Below are positions 1 through 9,320 of a stretch of DNA of 32,000 nucleotides, in pieces. The stretch is taken from the NCBI RefSeq assembly GCF_000341395.1, contig NC_020304.1, forward strand, positions 120,001 to 152,000, written 5' to 3'. Within the stretch, counting starts at the first letter, position 1; each line of letters starts with the position of its first letter. The stretch comes from Desulfocapsa sulfexigens DSM 10523 (GTDB lineage: Bacteria > Desulfobacterota > Desulfobulbia > Desulfobulbales > Desulfocapsaceae). The position numbers and the translations under genes were made by a program. A model generated the notes under the pieces. The model worked only from the letters and a program-made list of their open reading frames with translations. It did no database searches and was not told the origin of the DNA.

Positions 1-953
1 CTCCGCCTCGCCAGTTTCAGCTCCAGAACAACCTGTTCATAGGATAAATTCAGGGCACCCAGTTCTTCATTTGCTTCCTGCATGATCTGGGAAAAGGGCT
101 TGATGTCCTTGGGATCCATTGCAAACAAGTCCAGGATCTCACGAGACCTCTCCCCTATGGTATCGATTAATTCGTCAACCCTGCCTCCGGAGACATGCCA
201 TTTATCTGCAAGTCCAGAATGCACCTCAATGGACTTCATGTTGCTGTGTACACTGTGATACATAGCCGAAATCTTGTCCGAGAAATCGAGAAGCATTGCT
301 GAACCCTGAAAATCTTTTCCTGCTTTCGCCGTCATATGATGCCAACGAATGGGCTCACTGATGCATTCAGGTAAATTCCAGGAGCTGAGCAGATAATGCC
401 CAACTTCGGCATGGTCGCAGCCAAACTGTTCTTTCTCGGCGACACTGAGTTTCTCGCCACTGACACGCTTTTGGTCAAGAATGGCCCTGTAGTCATTCGG
501 ATGAGACAGAAAAAGAATCAAAATACCGATATCCTGCAGCAATCCGGTGACAAACAGATCCTGACCTTTGTGCCCGACAGCGCTTCCAAGAACATCCGCA
601 GCCACCGCCGCGGTTATTGCCCGTCGCCAGAAATAATCAAGATTAAAGCTTCCCTGGGGGGCATTTTGGAACTCCTGGACAATGACGAAGGAGAGTGCGA
701 TATTCTTCAAGGCATCAGTACCAATCAATGCTGTGGCCTGAGCAAGAGAGTCAACCGGTTGACTGAGCCCATACAGAGAAGAATTGGCAAGTTTAAGAAT
801 ACGAACACTGAGAGACGGATCGGTACTGATAATCCTGGCCAGGTCATCGAAGGAGTTCTCTTCCTGGCGAACGGCCTCTAGAATTTTTAAGGCTATCGTC
901 GGTGGCGAGGGTAGTCTTACTTTTTCGTCAAAAAAATCCTGAACAGTCGTCAT
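1..953 (-). CDS. HDOD domain-containing protein (partial, C-terminus beyond the window edge)
   Basis: Manual minus-strand reading from ATG at 953: MTTVQDFFDEKVRLPSPPTIALKILEAVRQEENSFDDLARIISTDPSLSVRILKLANSSLYGLSQPVDSLAQATALIGTDALKNIALSF..., a typical HDOD motif set. The frame is still open at position 1 (...GALNLSYEQVVLELKLARR). It is absent from the ORF track, probably because it is open at the edge. Confidence 0.85.
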   Translation of the reverse strand, partial: MTTVQDFFDEKVRLPSPPTIALKILEAVRQEENSFDDLARIISTDPSLSVRILKLANSSLYGLSQPVDSLAQATALIGTDALKNIALSFVIVQEFQNAPQGSFNLDYFWRRAITAAVAADVLGSAVGHKGQDLFVTGLLQDIGILILFLSHPNDYRAILDQKRVSGEKLSVAEKEQFGCDHAEVGHYLLSSWNLPECISEPIRWHHMTAKAGKDFQGSAMLLDFSDKISAMYHSVHSNMKSIEVHSGLADKWHVSGGRVDELIDTIGERSREILDLFAMDPKDIKPFSQIMQEANEELGALNLSYEQVVLELKLARR

Positions 954-1084
954 TCAAAACTCCAGATCAAATTGATTTATATCTCTTTTCACCATATACG
1001 CATCCCTGCCACCTACCCTACCTGCTGCTATTTTCGAGGTCAAACAAAAAGAAGGGAACAGCAAACAGGGGAACACATGAAACA

Positions 1085-3055
1085 TTACTCTGCAAGCCTC
1101 TCCATATTTTCCTGTGCCGCCTCCCACTTCCCATACCAGCGCTCAAGCCTGCGCCCACACTCGTCATAGTCAGCTGAAGTTGCCACCCATGCCTTTTGAT
1201 CCTGATAGAGTTCAGGATCAGCCATCCGGGCTTCAAGGGCTGTTTTTTCAGCTTCCAGTTTCTCCACCATTTTCTCTGCCTCTTCAGCCTGTTTTTTCCA
1301 GGGACCCATTTTTTTATTCTCTTCCCGACGCTTTCTGGCATCCAGCTGACGCTGTTCCTTTTTAGAAAGCTGTGTTCCTGAGACTTCTGTTTCGATAACT
1401 GGTGCTGCCTCATCGGCTGGTTGCTGTTTGTCCTCACCCCCCGCACTATCCGCCTCAATTTTCTGCAGATAATCACTGATATTGCCTTCATATACGTTCA
1501 GCTGACCATCTTTAACCTCAACCACCTTATTCACAAAACTGTCGAGGAAATAACGGTTATGGGAAACCACCAGAATAAAGCCGTCATACTGAGACATTGC
1601 CTCCTGCAGAACCTCCTGGGAGCTGATATCCAGATGGTTCGTCGGTTCATCGAGGAGCATACAGTTCGCAGGAGAAGCTATCATCTTAGCCAGCGCCAGA
1701 CGACTTTTTTCGCCACCTGAAAGAACGGAAACCTTCTTATCCACCTCTTCACCCCGGAACAGGAAGGTTCCCAGCAGAGAGCGTATCCGGGTGATAGTCA
1801 TATCCTTCACAGAGAGCGAAAGTGTTTCAAGGGCTGTAAGTGTTGGACTGAGTTCCTGAGCCTGATGCTGTCCGAAATAGGATAGCTGTACATTGTGACC
1901 AAGTTTCACAACTCCTGAATCGGCATTTATGGCTCCAGCGATAATCTTCACCAGGGTGGATTTCCCAGCACCGTTCACGCCAACCACAGCAACCTTGTCA
2001 CCACGCTGGAATTGGAAACTGATGTTTTTAAAAACCTCTTTGCCATCAAAACTCTTACACAGATTCTCCACCGTGAGCACATCCCTGCCCGAGTCAGGTG
2101 CAGGAGGAAAACTGAAACGAATCTGCCGGTCTTCCTCACCAATCTCAAGAAGAACCATTTTCTCAAGTTGTTTCACCCGGCTCTGTACCTGTTTGGCCTT
2201 AGTGGATTTAGCACGGAAGCGCTGAATAAACTGCATACTCTGTTTAATCTGCGCCTGCTGGTTATCGTAAGCCGCCTTCTCAATAGTCTTCCGCTCCACC
2301 TTCTCCTTCTCATAATAAGAGTAGTTGCCCTTGTAGACCGAGAGTTTCCCAAGGCTCAACTCCCAGGTAGTGGTTGTCACCTTGTCAAGAAAGGCTCTAT
2401 CATGGGAAATAATGACCATGGCACCGTTATAGGAGCGGAGAAATTCCTCAACCCAGGTAAGAGAGGTCAGATCCAGATGGTTGGTTGGTTCGTCGAGCAG
2501 CAGCAGAGAGGGAGCAGCAAGCAGCATTTTGGCAAGCATCAGCCGCATGATCCAGCCACCTGAGAAGGATGATGCCGGTCTGTCCATATCATCCTGATGG
2601 AAACCGAGGCCCAGTAATATCTTTTCAATCCGCGCCCGCATGGTATAGATACCGCTGCCTTCAAGGCGATGCTGGATGTCCCCCTGACGCTCCAGCAGAA
2701 TTGAGAATTCATCCGACTGAGGATCCACGCTGGCAAGATCTTCGTTAATGATGTCAGCCTCTTTTTGCAGTTCAATCAGTTCTGCAAAGGCACTCTCTGC
2801 CTCCTGATACAGGCTTCGTCCAGAAACAAGGGCACTGGATTCCTGGGGAAGATAGGCCACACTGAAATACTTTGAACGACTGAGAACACCGTCGTCGCAC
2901 TCATTCACGCCAGCCATGATTTTCAAAAGCGTTGATTTACCGGCACCATTAACGCCCAGCAAGCCGATTCGTTTTCCGTCGGTTACCTGAATGGAAAGAT
3001 CTTTAAAAAGATGTTTGTCTCCGTAACGGATGTCCAGATGATTAATTGATAACAT
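1085..3055 (-). CDS. ABC-F family ATP-binding cassette protein
   Basis: 656 aa with two ABC domains (GVNGAGKST twice, SGGW/LSGGEKSR signatures, LLLDEPTNHLD twice), no transmembrane segment and a charged coiled-coil C-terminus. Confidence 0.95.
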   Translation of the reverse strand: MLSINHLDIRYGDKHLFKDLSIQVTDGKRIGLLGVNGAGKSTLLKIMAGVNECDDGVLSRSKYFSVAYLPQESSALVSGRSLYQEAESAFAELIELQKEADIINEDLASVDPQSDEFSILLERQGDIQHRLEGSGIYTMRARIEKILLGLGFHQDDMDRPASSFSGGWIMRLMLAKMLLAAPSLLLLDEPTNHLDLTSLTWVEEFLRSYNGAMVIISHDRAFLDKVTTTTWELSLGKLSVYKGNYSYYEKEKVERKTIEKAAYDNQQAQIKQSMQFIQRFRAKSTKAKQVQSRVKQLEKMVLLEIGEEDRQIRFSFPPAPDSGRDVLTVENLCKSFDGKEVFKNISFQFQRGDKVAVVGVNGAGKSTLVKIIAGAINADSGVVKLGHNVQLSYFGQHQAQELSPTLTALETLSLSVKDMTITRIRSLLGTFLFRGEEVDKKVSVLSGGEKSRLALAKMIASPANCMLLDEPTNHLDISSQEVLQEAMSQYDGFILVVSHNRYFLDSFVNKVVEVKDGQLNVYEGNISDYLQKIEADSAGGEDKQQPADEAAPVIETEVSGTQLSKKEQRQLDARKRREENKKMGPWKKQAEEAEKMVEKLEAEKTALEARMADPELYQDQKAWVATSADYDECGRRLERWYGKWEAAQENMERLAE

Positions 3056-4049
3056 AGTTCATTGTGCCCCGTTTCAAGGTTTTATCCGTTGTAATCTGCA
3101 ATCGTGACTCAAGTCCCAACTGTTGCAATCGTTTTATATTTGCCCGTTTTGGACCGACAAATGCCGACATATCTCTGTCCGAAATTCGCAGGGAAAGCGT
3201 TTTTCCAGCAGGACAACCGGCAAGCAGTGGTCGCACACGCTTAAACCAGTGGCGTGCCGCCACAAATTCACCAAATGCCGGATGATAGGGACCGGCAATA
3301 AGTTCTTTTTCCAGGCTTTCCGATGCCTGCAGTCCCATTCGCATGATCTGGATTCCAGCATTGCCAAGGCGCTCTTTTGCTATACAGCAAAGAGCGATCG
3401 CCCGTTCCATGCTGAGCGGTCGGTACCTTCCCCTTTGATATTCCCCAGCCAACCCGGAACCACCAATAACCAAGGTTGGATAGAGACGCACAAAATCAGG
3501 ATTACAGCTGATAACACGATGCAGGCCTACAAGAAACGACAGAGTGCTTTCACCCGGCAAACCCGGCATAAGTTGAACACCAAGAGTAAGTCCCTTCTCC
3601 TGCAAGATTGCCATTGCCCGCAGGGAATCGTCACTCGTATGCCCCCGACGGGCCGCCTCAAGGACGCGGTCATCAAGGGACTGTACCCCGAGTTCCACTG
3701 TTTTTACCCCAAACTTCAGCAAAAAATCACAGATCTTTTCATCTATGCAGTCTGGACGGGTAGAAAGACGGATAAACTGCACCGATCCCTTCTCCAGAAA
3801 GGGACGCACCGCAGCCAACAACACCTCCTGACGTTCTTTGGCAAGACAGGTGAAGGAGCCACCATAAAAGGCTACCTGCACTTCAGCGTGCTTCCTGGAA
3901 AAACCAAGCCATTCGTTTATGGTATCTCGGATATACCTGGCATCATCGACCTTTGACGACAGTTTTCCGCTAATGGAGACCTGGTTGCAGAACAGACAGT
4001 GCTGCGGACACCCCTGGTGGGGAATAAATATTGGAATAACGAGGGACAT
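3042..4049 (-). CDS. radical SAM protein, Elp3-like
   Basis: MSLVIPIFIPHQGCPQHCLFCNQ contains a CxxxCxxC-type motif; also FYGGSFTCL, VELGVQSLDDRVL and LMPGLPGES. The ORF track starts at a TTG (4076) overlapping rnc. The ATG at 4049 removes the overlap and is my preferred start. Confidence 0.88.
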   Translation of the reverse strand: MSLVIPIFIPHQGCPQHCLFCNQVSISGKLSSKVDDARYIRDTINEWLGFSRKHAEVQVAFYGGSFTCLAKERQEVLLAAVRPFLEKGSVQFIRLSTRPDCIDEKICDFLLKFGVKTVELGVQSLDDRVLEAARRGHTSDDSLRAMAILQEKGLTLGVQLMPGLPGESTLSFLVGLHRVISCNPDFVRLYPTLVIGGSGLAGEYQRGRYRPLSMERAIALCCIAKERLGNAGIQIMRMGLQASESLEKELIAGPYHPAFGEFVAARHWFKRVRPLLAGCPAGKTLSLRISDRDMSAFVGPKRANIKRLQQLGLESRLQITTDKTLKRGTMNYVIN

Positions 4050-4056
4050 GGCAGGT

Positions 4057-4800
4057 TCAGGAGGAAAATTTCCCAATCACATCATCAAGACTGTCAAGAG
4101 TTGTCGCCGCTGCCCGCTGCTCCGCCTCCTTTTTGGAACTCCCGGTTCCACTACCGAGTGCTTCTTCTCTGAAGAGAACGGAGACGGTAAAGATCTTCTG
4201 ATGTGAGGGCCCCTCTTCCTCATCTATTCGATAGGATGGAGCCTCATTAAACTTTTCCTGCAGTGCCTCCTGCAGCCGACTTTTGGCATCTGCCATCAAC
4301 AATTCTTCTTTTTTTCCTGCCATATCAGGAACAAAAAATTTATTAACAATCACCGCCACCGTCGGATAATCGCTGTCCTCGAGAATCGCCCCGATAACCG
4401 CTTCGTAGGCACAGGAGAGGATAGAAGACTTATTACGCCCGTTGGATGCGTCCTCTCCCTTGCCAAGGCAGAGAAAGTCACCAAGTTTGAGATTTCTTGC
4501 CATGGTCGCCAGGTGAGTCTCATTGACGAGCGATGACCTGAGGCGGGTAAGTTCTCCTTCACGCATCTCGGGAAAGCGTTTACAGAGGGTGTGCCCAATG
4601 ACAAGATCAAGCACAGCATCACCTAAAAACTCTAGAATCTCATTATTTTTATCAATCTGCGCCTGTTCAAAAGCAAAGGAGGAATGAATCAATGCTTTTT
4701 GCAACAGGCGCAGGTCGGTAAAACGGTATCCAAGGCACTGTTCCAGCACAGCCAGATCATCCTTGTTTCGTTGTACCAGTGTTTCAATATCCATGGCCAT
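4057..4800 (-). CDS. rnc: ribonuclease III
   Basis: NNEILEFLGDAVLDLVIGHTLCKRFP is the RNase III signature; C-terminal dsRNA-binding domain (DEEEGPSHQKIFTVSVL...GTGSSKKEAEQRAA). Confidence 0.97.
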   Translation of the reverse strand: MAMDIETLVQRNKDDLAVLEQCLGYRFTDLRLLQKALIHSSFAFEQAQIDKNNEILEFLGDAVLDLVIGHTLCKRFPEMREGELTRLRSSLVNETHLATMARNLKLGDFLCLGKGEDASNGRNKSSILSCAYEAVIGAILEDSDYPTVAVIVNKFFVPDMAGKKEELLMADAKSRLQEALQEKFNEAPSYRIDEEEGPSHQKIFTVSVLFREEALGSGTGSSKKEAEQRAAATTLDSLDDVIGKFSS

Positions 4801-4864
4801 TTTCCTCTTGTTAAAAACATAAACTGTGGTATAAAGTGTTGCTCATGCCTACCTGGGCATATTC

Positions 4865-4940
4865 GGCGGCGTAGCCAAGCGGCTAAGGCACTGGTCTGCA
4901 AAACCATGATTCAGCGGTTCAAATCCGCTCGCCGCCTCCA
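4865..4940 (+). tRNA. tRNA-Cys (anticodon GCA)
   Basis: GGCGGCG acceptor pairs with CGCCGCC, followed by discriminator T and encoded CCA. The anticodon loop CTGCAAA gives GCA. The T-arm is GCGGTTCAAATCCGC. Confidence 0.97.
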
Positions 4941-4948
4941 GTAATTGT

Positions 4949-4988
4949 AAGGCGATATTCTGAATATTTCAGGATATCGCCTTTTTTT
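4949..4988 (+). terminator. Rho-independent terminator downstream of tRNA-Cys
   Basis: AAGGCGATATTCTGAA-TAT-TTCAGGATATCGCCTT forms a 16-bp stem with one G.T wobble and a 3-nt loop, followed by a T-tract. Confidence 0.9.
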
Positions 4989-5108
4989 ATTACGCCGTCA
5001 AATATCTGTATCCCAGATAAAACTACCCTGTATAGCACAAAACGACTGTTCCGGCACCCCTTTCCTTCTTCTGAAATTCCCCTCAAAAAAATACCACAAA
5101 GTTAGAGT

Positions 5109-5136
5109 TTGACAGCGCTAAAATTCTGCCTATACT
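5109..5136 (+). promoter_or_regulatory. putative sigma70-type promoter upstream of the TPR gene
   Basis: TTGACA (5109-5114), 16-bp spacer, TATACT (5131-5136), located 60 bp before the ATG of the 5196 CDS. Confidence 0.6.
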
Positions 5137-5195
5137 TTTCCTGATAGGAAGATATTTTATATTTCTCCACCACTACGAAAAAGGAAAAATCGCTG

Positions 5196-5822
5196 ATGTC
5201 TGAAAAAAACAATACGGTAAAAAAAGAAACCCTGATTTACGCCCTTTTAATAGGATTTGTTGCAGGTTTTGTTGGTGGTGCCATATTTGCCGTTTACAAG
5301 CTTAGCCCTTCCACCCCGATTGCTGCCCCCGCTCAGGCACAGGCTCCGGACAACGCCCAGCAGCTGGAAAAACAGACAGCAGAGGCCATAGCCAACTTTG
5401 AGGCTGAAGTTACGATAAATCCCAACAATACTGAAGCCTGGATCCAGCTTGGCCACCTCTATTATGACTCTAACAAAGTACAGCAGGCTATCAAGGCGTA
5501 TACCAGGTCCCTTGAACTCCAACCCGGCAATGCGGATGTCTGGACTGATCTCGGGGTCATGTACAGAAGGAACAAACAGTCAGAAAAAGCCATTGAATCC
5601 TTCGACAAAGCCTTTTCGGTCAACCCCGGGCATGAACCTTCACGCCTCAACAAGGGTATTGTTCTGTTGTATGACTTTAATAATCCCGAAGGGGCCATTG
5701 CCGCCTGGGAAGAACTCCTCTCTATCAACCCACAGGCGAAGCTGAACAACGGCAAACCGTTGACTGAAGCTGTAGAGGATATCAGAAAAGAAATGAATAC
5801 CGCCATTCCGGCAAACAAATAG
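5196..5822 (+). CDS. membrane-anchored tetratricopeptide repeat protein
   Basis: N-terminal TM segment (LIYALLIGFVAGFVGGAIFAVY), then TPR units such as EAWIQLGHLYYDSNKVQQAIKAYTRSLELQPGNADVWTDLGVMYRRNKQSEKAIESFDKAFSVNPGHEP. Confidence 0.9.
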   Translation: MSEKNNTVKKETLIYALLIGFVAGFVGGAIFAVYKLSPSTPIAAPAQAQAPDNAQQLEKQTAEAIANFEAEVTINPNNTEAWIQLGHLYYDSNKVQQAIKAYTRSLELQPGNADVWTDLGVMYRRNKQSEKAIESFDKAFSVNPGHEPSRLNKGIVLLYDFNNPEGAIAAWEELLSINPQAKLNNGKPLTEAVEDIRKEMNTAIPANK

Positions 5823-5874
5823 GATGCTTTTTCTATAAACCTACTCTCACAATTCCCTTTGAAAAGGCCTCAAT

Positions 5875-6846
5875 ATGGCAAGCAACGACATTCACATTCC
5901 TGAACACTGTGAACACGAGACTCATACCACTGGTGCTCTCCACGACAAACTCCCACCAGTGGTGGAAACGCTGGTCGCTGCCTGGCAGACCGAGGACTGC
6001 TTTGATCATGTGGGGCCGGTTCCCATCCCCTCACACACCTCGATTATTAATATTATCTACCAGGTACGACAGATATTGTTTCCGGGCTATTTCACCAAGA
6101 CCAAAATCCATGGCTCCAATCTGGAATATTATCTCGGCAAGGAGACCACGGAGCTCTACGAACGATTATCCAGGGAGATCATCATGGCCATCCGCCATGA
6201 CTGCAGGCGTTCCAACCTCCCCTGTACCCATTGTGAAGAAAGAGGGCATCGCATGGCCCTCTCCTTTATTGAAAGCCTGCCAGGAATTTCAGCCCTGCTC
6301 TCCACCGATATTCGGGCAACACTTGCAGGAGACCCGGCAACAGCCAGTACGGATGAAGTTATCTTCTGTTACCCCGGCCTGCTTGCCACCTCCATCTTCA
6401 GAATGGCCCATGAGTTGTACCTCCTTGAAGTACCAATTATTCCCCGGATTATGACTGAACATGCCCACAGCCTCACGGGTATCGATATCCATCCGGGGGC
6501 AACCATTGGTCCCGGATTTTTCATTGACCATGGAACTGGCGTTGTTATTGGAGAGACAACTATCATTGGCTCAAATGTCAGGATCTATCAGGGCGTCACT
6601 CTGGGAGCTCTCTCGCTTCCAAAGGATGCAGGACGGGTGATGCGGGACGTTAAGCGCCATCCGACCATTGAAGATGACGTTATTATTTACGCCAACACCA
6701 CTATCCTTGGCGGGGACACAACCATTGGCGCCAGAACAGTTATCGGTGGAAACATCTGGCTCACCGAATCCGTTCCTTCGGACACCAGAGTTATACTCAA
6801 ACGACCAGAACTCCTCTATTCAGGAAGAAAGGGTGGAACATCATGA
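5875..6846 (+). CDS. cysE: serine O-acetyltransferase
   Basis: Left-handed beta-helix hexapeptide repeats with [46 protein letters not shown]; immediately followed by cysK. Confidence 0.93.
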   Translation: MASNDIHIPEHCEHETHTTGALHDKLPPVVETLVAAWQTEDCFDHVGPVPIPSHTSIINIIYQVRQILFPGYFTKTKIHGSNLEYYLGKETTELYERLSREIIMAIRHDCRRSNLPCTHCEERGHRMALSFIESLPGISALLSTDIRATLAGDPATASTDEVIFCYPGLLATSIFRMAHELYLLEVPIIPRIMTEHAHSLTGIDIHPGATIGPGFFIDHGTGVVIGETTIIGSNVRIYQGVTLGALSLPKDAGRVMRDVKRHPTIEDDVIIYANTTILGGDTTIGARTVIGGNIWLTESVPSDTRVILKRPELLYSGRKGGTS

Positions 6847-7760
6847 GCCTGTCACTGACCGATACCACAGGAAATACCCCACTTATATCACTGTCCAAAA
6901 TCTCTGCTCACTGCTGTGCCCGTATTCTTGCAAAACAGGAATCCCGGAATCCCATGGGCAGCGTCAAGGATCGTATTGCACTTGCCATGATTGAAGCGGG
7001 GATACGGGGCGGGAAGATTACAGAAGGTACCACCGTCATCGAGGCAACTTCAGGAAATACCGGATTGGGGCTGGCCTTTGTCTGCGCAGAAAGAAATCTG
7101 CCATTGATTCTCACCATGCCGGAATCCATGTCGCTTGAACGAAGAGCTCTTCTCAAACATCTGGGAGCTCAGCTGGTTCTCACTCCTGCCGCAGAGGGAA
7201 TGAAAGGGGCCATCGCAGCTGCAGAAGAACTTCATCGGAAAACCCGGAACAGTTTTATGGTCAGACAGTTTGAAAATCCTGCCAACCCAGCCATTCACAA
7301 AAAAACCACTGCTGAGGAAATATGGCAGGCGACGGATGGCATAATCGATATTTTCGTAGCGGGAGTCGGAACCGGTGGAACCATAACGGGAGTGCTCGAG
7401 GGATTAAAAGAAAAGAATCCAGAGATTATTGGAGTGGCAGTGGAACCTGCTGACTCCCCAGTACTTTCAGGAGGAAGCCCTGGCCCCCATAAGATCCAGG
7501 GGATCGGAGCCGGCTTTATCCCTGCAATCCTGAAAACTGAGCTAATTGACCAGATCATTACAGTTACAAACGACGATGCCCTGGAAACCGCCAGAAAGCT
7601 TGCAAAACAGGAGGGGCTGCTGGTCGGAATCTCCTCGGGTGCAGCCATGTGGGCAGCGCTGCAACTGGCAAGAGATGAAAGAAACAAGAGTAAAACAATA
7701 GTCACTGTTCTGCCGGATACAGGAGAGCGGTATTTAAGTACCGACCTGATGATAAAGTAA
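6843..7760 (+). CDS. cysK: cysteine synthase (O-acetylserine sulfhydrylase, PLP-dependent)
   Basis: [24 protein letters not shown] (PLP lysine), [24 protein letters not shown] and [11 protein letters not shown] 4-nt ATGA overlap with cysE. CysK versus CysM is not fully resolved. Confidence 0.92.
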   Translation: MSLSLTDTTGNTPLISLSKISAHCCARILAKQESRNPMGSVKDRIALAMIEAGIRGGKITEGTTVIEATSGNTGLGLAFVCAERNLPLILTMPESMSLERRALLKHLGAQLVLTPAAEGMKGAIAAAEELHRKTRNSFMVRQFENPANPAIHKKTTAEEIWQATDGIIDIFVAGVGTGGTITGVLEGLKEKNPEIIGVAVEPADSPVLSGGSPGPHKIQGIGAGFIPAILKTELIDQIITVTNDDALETARKLAKQEGLLVGISSGAAMWAALQLARDERNKSKTIVTVLPDTGERYLSTDLMIK

Positions 7761-7931
7761 GCAGATGTTTCCCGAAAAAATGATGTGCTTCTCTATAAAA
7801 AACAAATCGTTTTTGGCCATCTTATTTCCATTGACTTTCCCTGCACCAGGACGTACATAGCACGTAAAGGAACATGAGTTGGCCGAAAAACCAACATAAA
7901 GGTAATATACTAAAATAATTGGAGAAAAAAA

Positions 7932-9236
7932 ATGCACACACAGGCAGACATTATTAATTTCTGGAGCCACATTCCAGACCTTTCAGACTCGCTTACTGAC
8001 GAAGATGAGGAACCTCCTGACGGTAGAATAAAAACCCTCGACGCAGACGCCTGTCTGCTCAAAATTCCCCCCCCAGCCACTCTTTTTTCTCTACCTTCAG
8101 AAGCATCATCAGTAAGTCCTTCTCAAAGAAACACATTTCGAAAAACCTTTTACCCAGGTGTTACAGCAAAACAGTGGAACAGCTGGCATTGGCAGGTTGC
8201 CAACCGTATCCGTCGTGGAGACCAGCTTGGGCGTTTTTTACAGCTTTCCAAAGACGAAGAACTGGCTGTCAATGGAACGGGAACTACTCTTCCGCTTTCC
8301 ATTACTCCATATTACCTGAGTCTTCTTAACCCTACAGATCCAGAGCATCCACTCCGCCGTTCCGTTGTTCCCACAACAGGTGAATTAACCCAGGGACCCG
8401 GTGAGGCTGACGATCCTCTTGGAGAAGACAACCAGAGTCCTGTGCCGGGTCTTGTTCACCGCTATCCTGACCGTGTTCTTTTTCTGGTACATGATTTTTG
8501 CTCAACCTATTGCCGTTACTGTACGAGATCGCGTGTTGTCGGGCATGGTACCATAAATCCGACAACAGCCAGATTCGAACGAATGCTTGACTACATTCGT
8601 CGTACAAAAACGATCCGTGACGTCCTTATTTCAGGTGGCGACCCACTGTTGCTGTCCGATGATCGCCTTGAATGGCTGTTGAGCAGTCTGCGTAAAATCC
8701 CTCACGTAGAGGTTATTCGCATCGGAACCAAGGTTCCTGCAGTGCTTCCGCAGCGTATCACCCCCGCACTGGTGAAAATGCTTCGCCGCTATCATCCTCT
8801 CTATATGAGCCTGCATTTCATCCATCCAGACGAATGCACTCCGGAAACCACCAAAGCTTGTGCACGCCTTGCAGGGGCAGGGATTCCACTCGGTTCGCAG
8901 ACCGTTCTCCTGCGCGGTATCAACGACACGGCGGAAACGATGAAGAGCTTAATGCACGGGGTGATGAAGATGCGGGTCCGTCCATACTATCTCTATCAGT
9001 GCGACCCCATCACCGGATCGGCTCATTTCAGGACATCGGTAAAGAAAGGACTGGATATCATCCAGGGATTAAGGGGTTTTACCAGTGGTTATGCCATTCC
9101 AACTTATGTCATTGATGCCCCTGGCGGAGGAGGAAAAATCCCCCTTCTACCGGATTCGGTTATAGGGAAAGAGGGCAGTGATCTCCTGCTGCGTAACTAC
9201 GAAGAGAGATGCTTCCGTTATCCCGATGTTGTCTGA
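7932..9236 (+). CDS. kamA: KamA family radical SAM/PLP enzyme, likely L-lysine 2,3-aminomutase-like
   Basis: CSTYCRYCTRSR (CxxxCxxC at 8499-8522), ISGGDPLLL, IGTKVPAVLPQRI, YQCDPITGSAHFRTSVKKG, and VIDAPGGGGKIPLLP containing the PLP lysine. A GGAG Shine-Dalgarno precedes the ATG. Confidence 0.88.
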   Translation: MHTQADIINFWSHIPDLSDSLTDEDEEPPDGRIKTLDADACLLKIPPPATLFSLPSEASSVSPSQRNTFRKTFYPGVTAKQWNSWHWQVANRIRRGDQLGRFLQLSKDEELAVNGTGTTLPLSITPYYLSLLNPTDPEHPLRRSVVPTTGELTQGPGEADDPLGEDNQSPVPGLVHRYPDRVLFLVHDFCSTYCRYCTRSRVVGHGTINPTTARFERMLDYIRRTKTIRDVLISGGDPLLLSDDRLEWLLSSLRKIPHVEVIRIGTKVPAVLPQRITPALVKMLRRYHPLYMSLHFIHPDECTPETTKACARLAGAGIPLGSQTVLLRGINDTAETMKSLMHGVMKMRVRPYYLYQCDPITGSAHFRTSVKKGLDIIQGLRGFTSGYAIPTYVIDAPGGGGKIPLLPDSVIGKEGSDLLLRNYEERCFRYPDVV

Positions 9237-9320
9237 CCGGAAAAATCAGTTACAGGCATCTCTGTCAAGTAACAGAGATATTTCCTATTCATATTTACGT
9301 TTCAAACGGGTTCAATACAG

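Noticed and set aside
396-881. 161-aa plus-strand ORF
   Set aside because: It lies antisense to the HDOD domain gene, whose minus-strand translation has clear family motifs.
3123-3956. 277-aa plus-strand ORF opposite the radical SAM gene
   Set aside because: It is fully antisense to a strongly recognisable radical SAM gene, has low-complexity composition and no domain signature.
5909-6454. 181-aa ORF overlapping cysE in another frame
   Set aside because: The cysE frame carries the hexapeptide-repeat signature; the alternative frame shows no recognisable protein.
7840-7915. Possible promoter before kamA (TTGACT...TACATA, or TATACT near the gene)
   Set aside because: The first has a weak -10 match and the second lacks a properly spaced -35, so this is not enough to call a feature.
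7734-7970. 78-aa minus-strand ORF in the cysK-kamA gap
   Set aside because: It overlaps both flanking genes and has no convincing ribosome-binding site or homology pattern.
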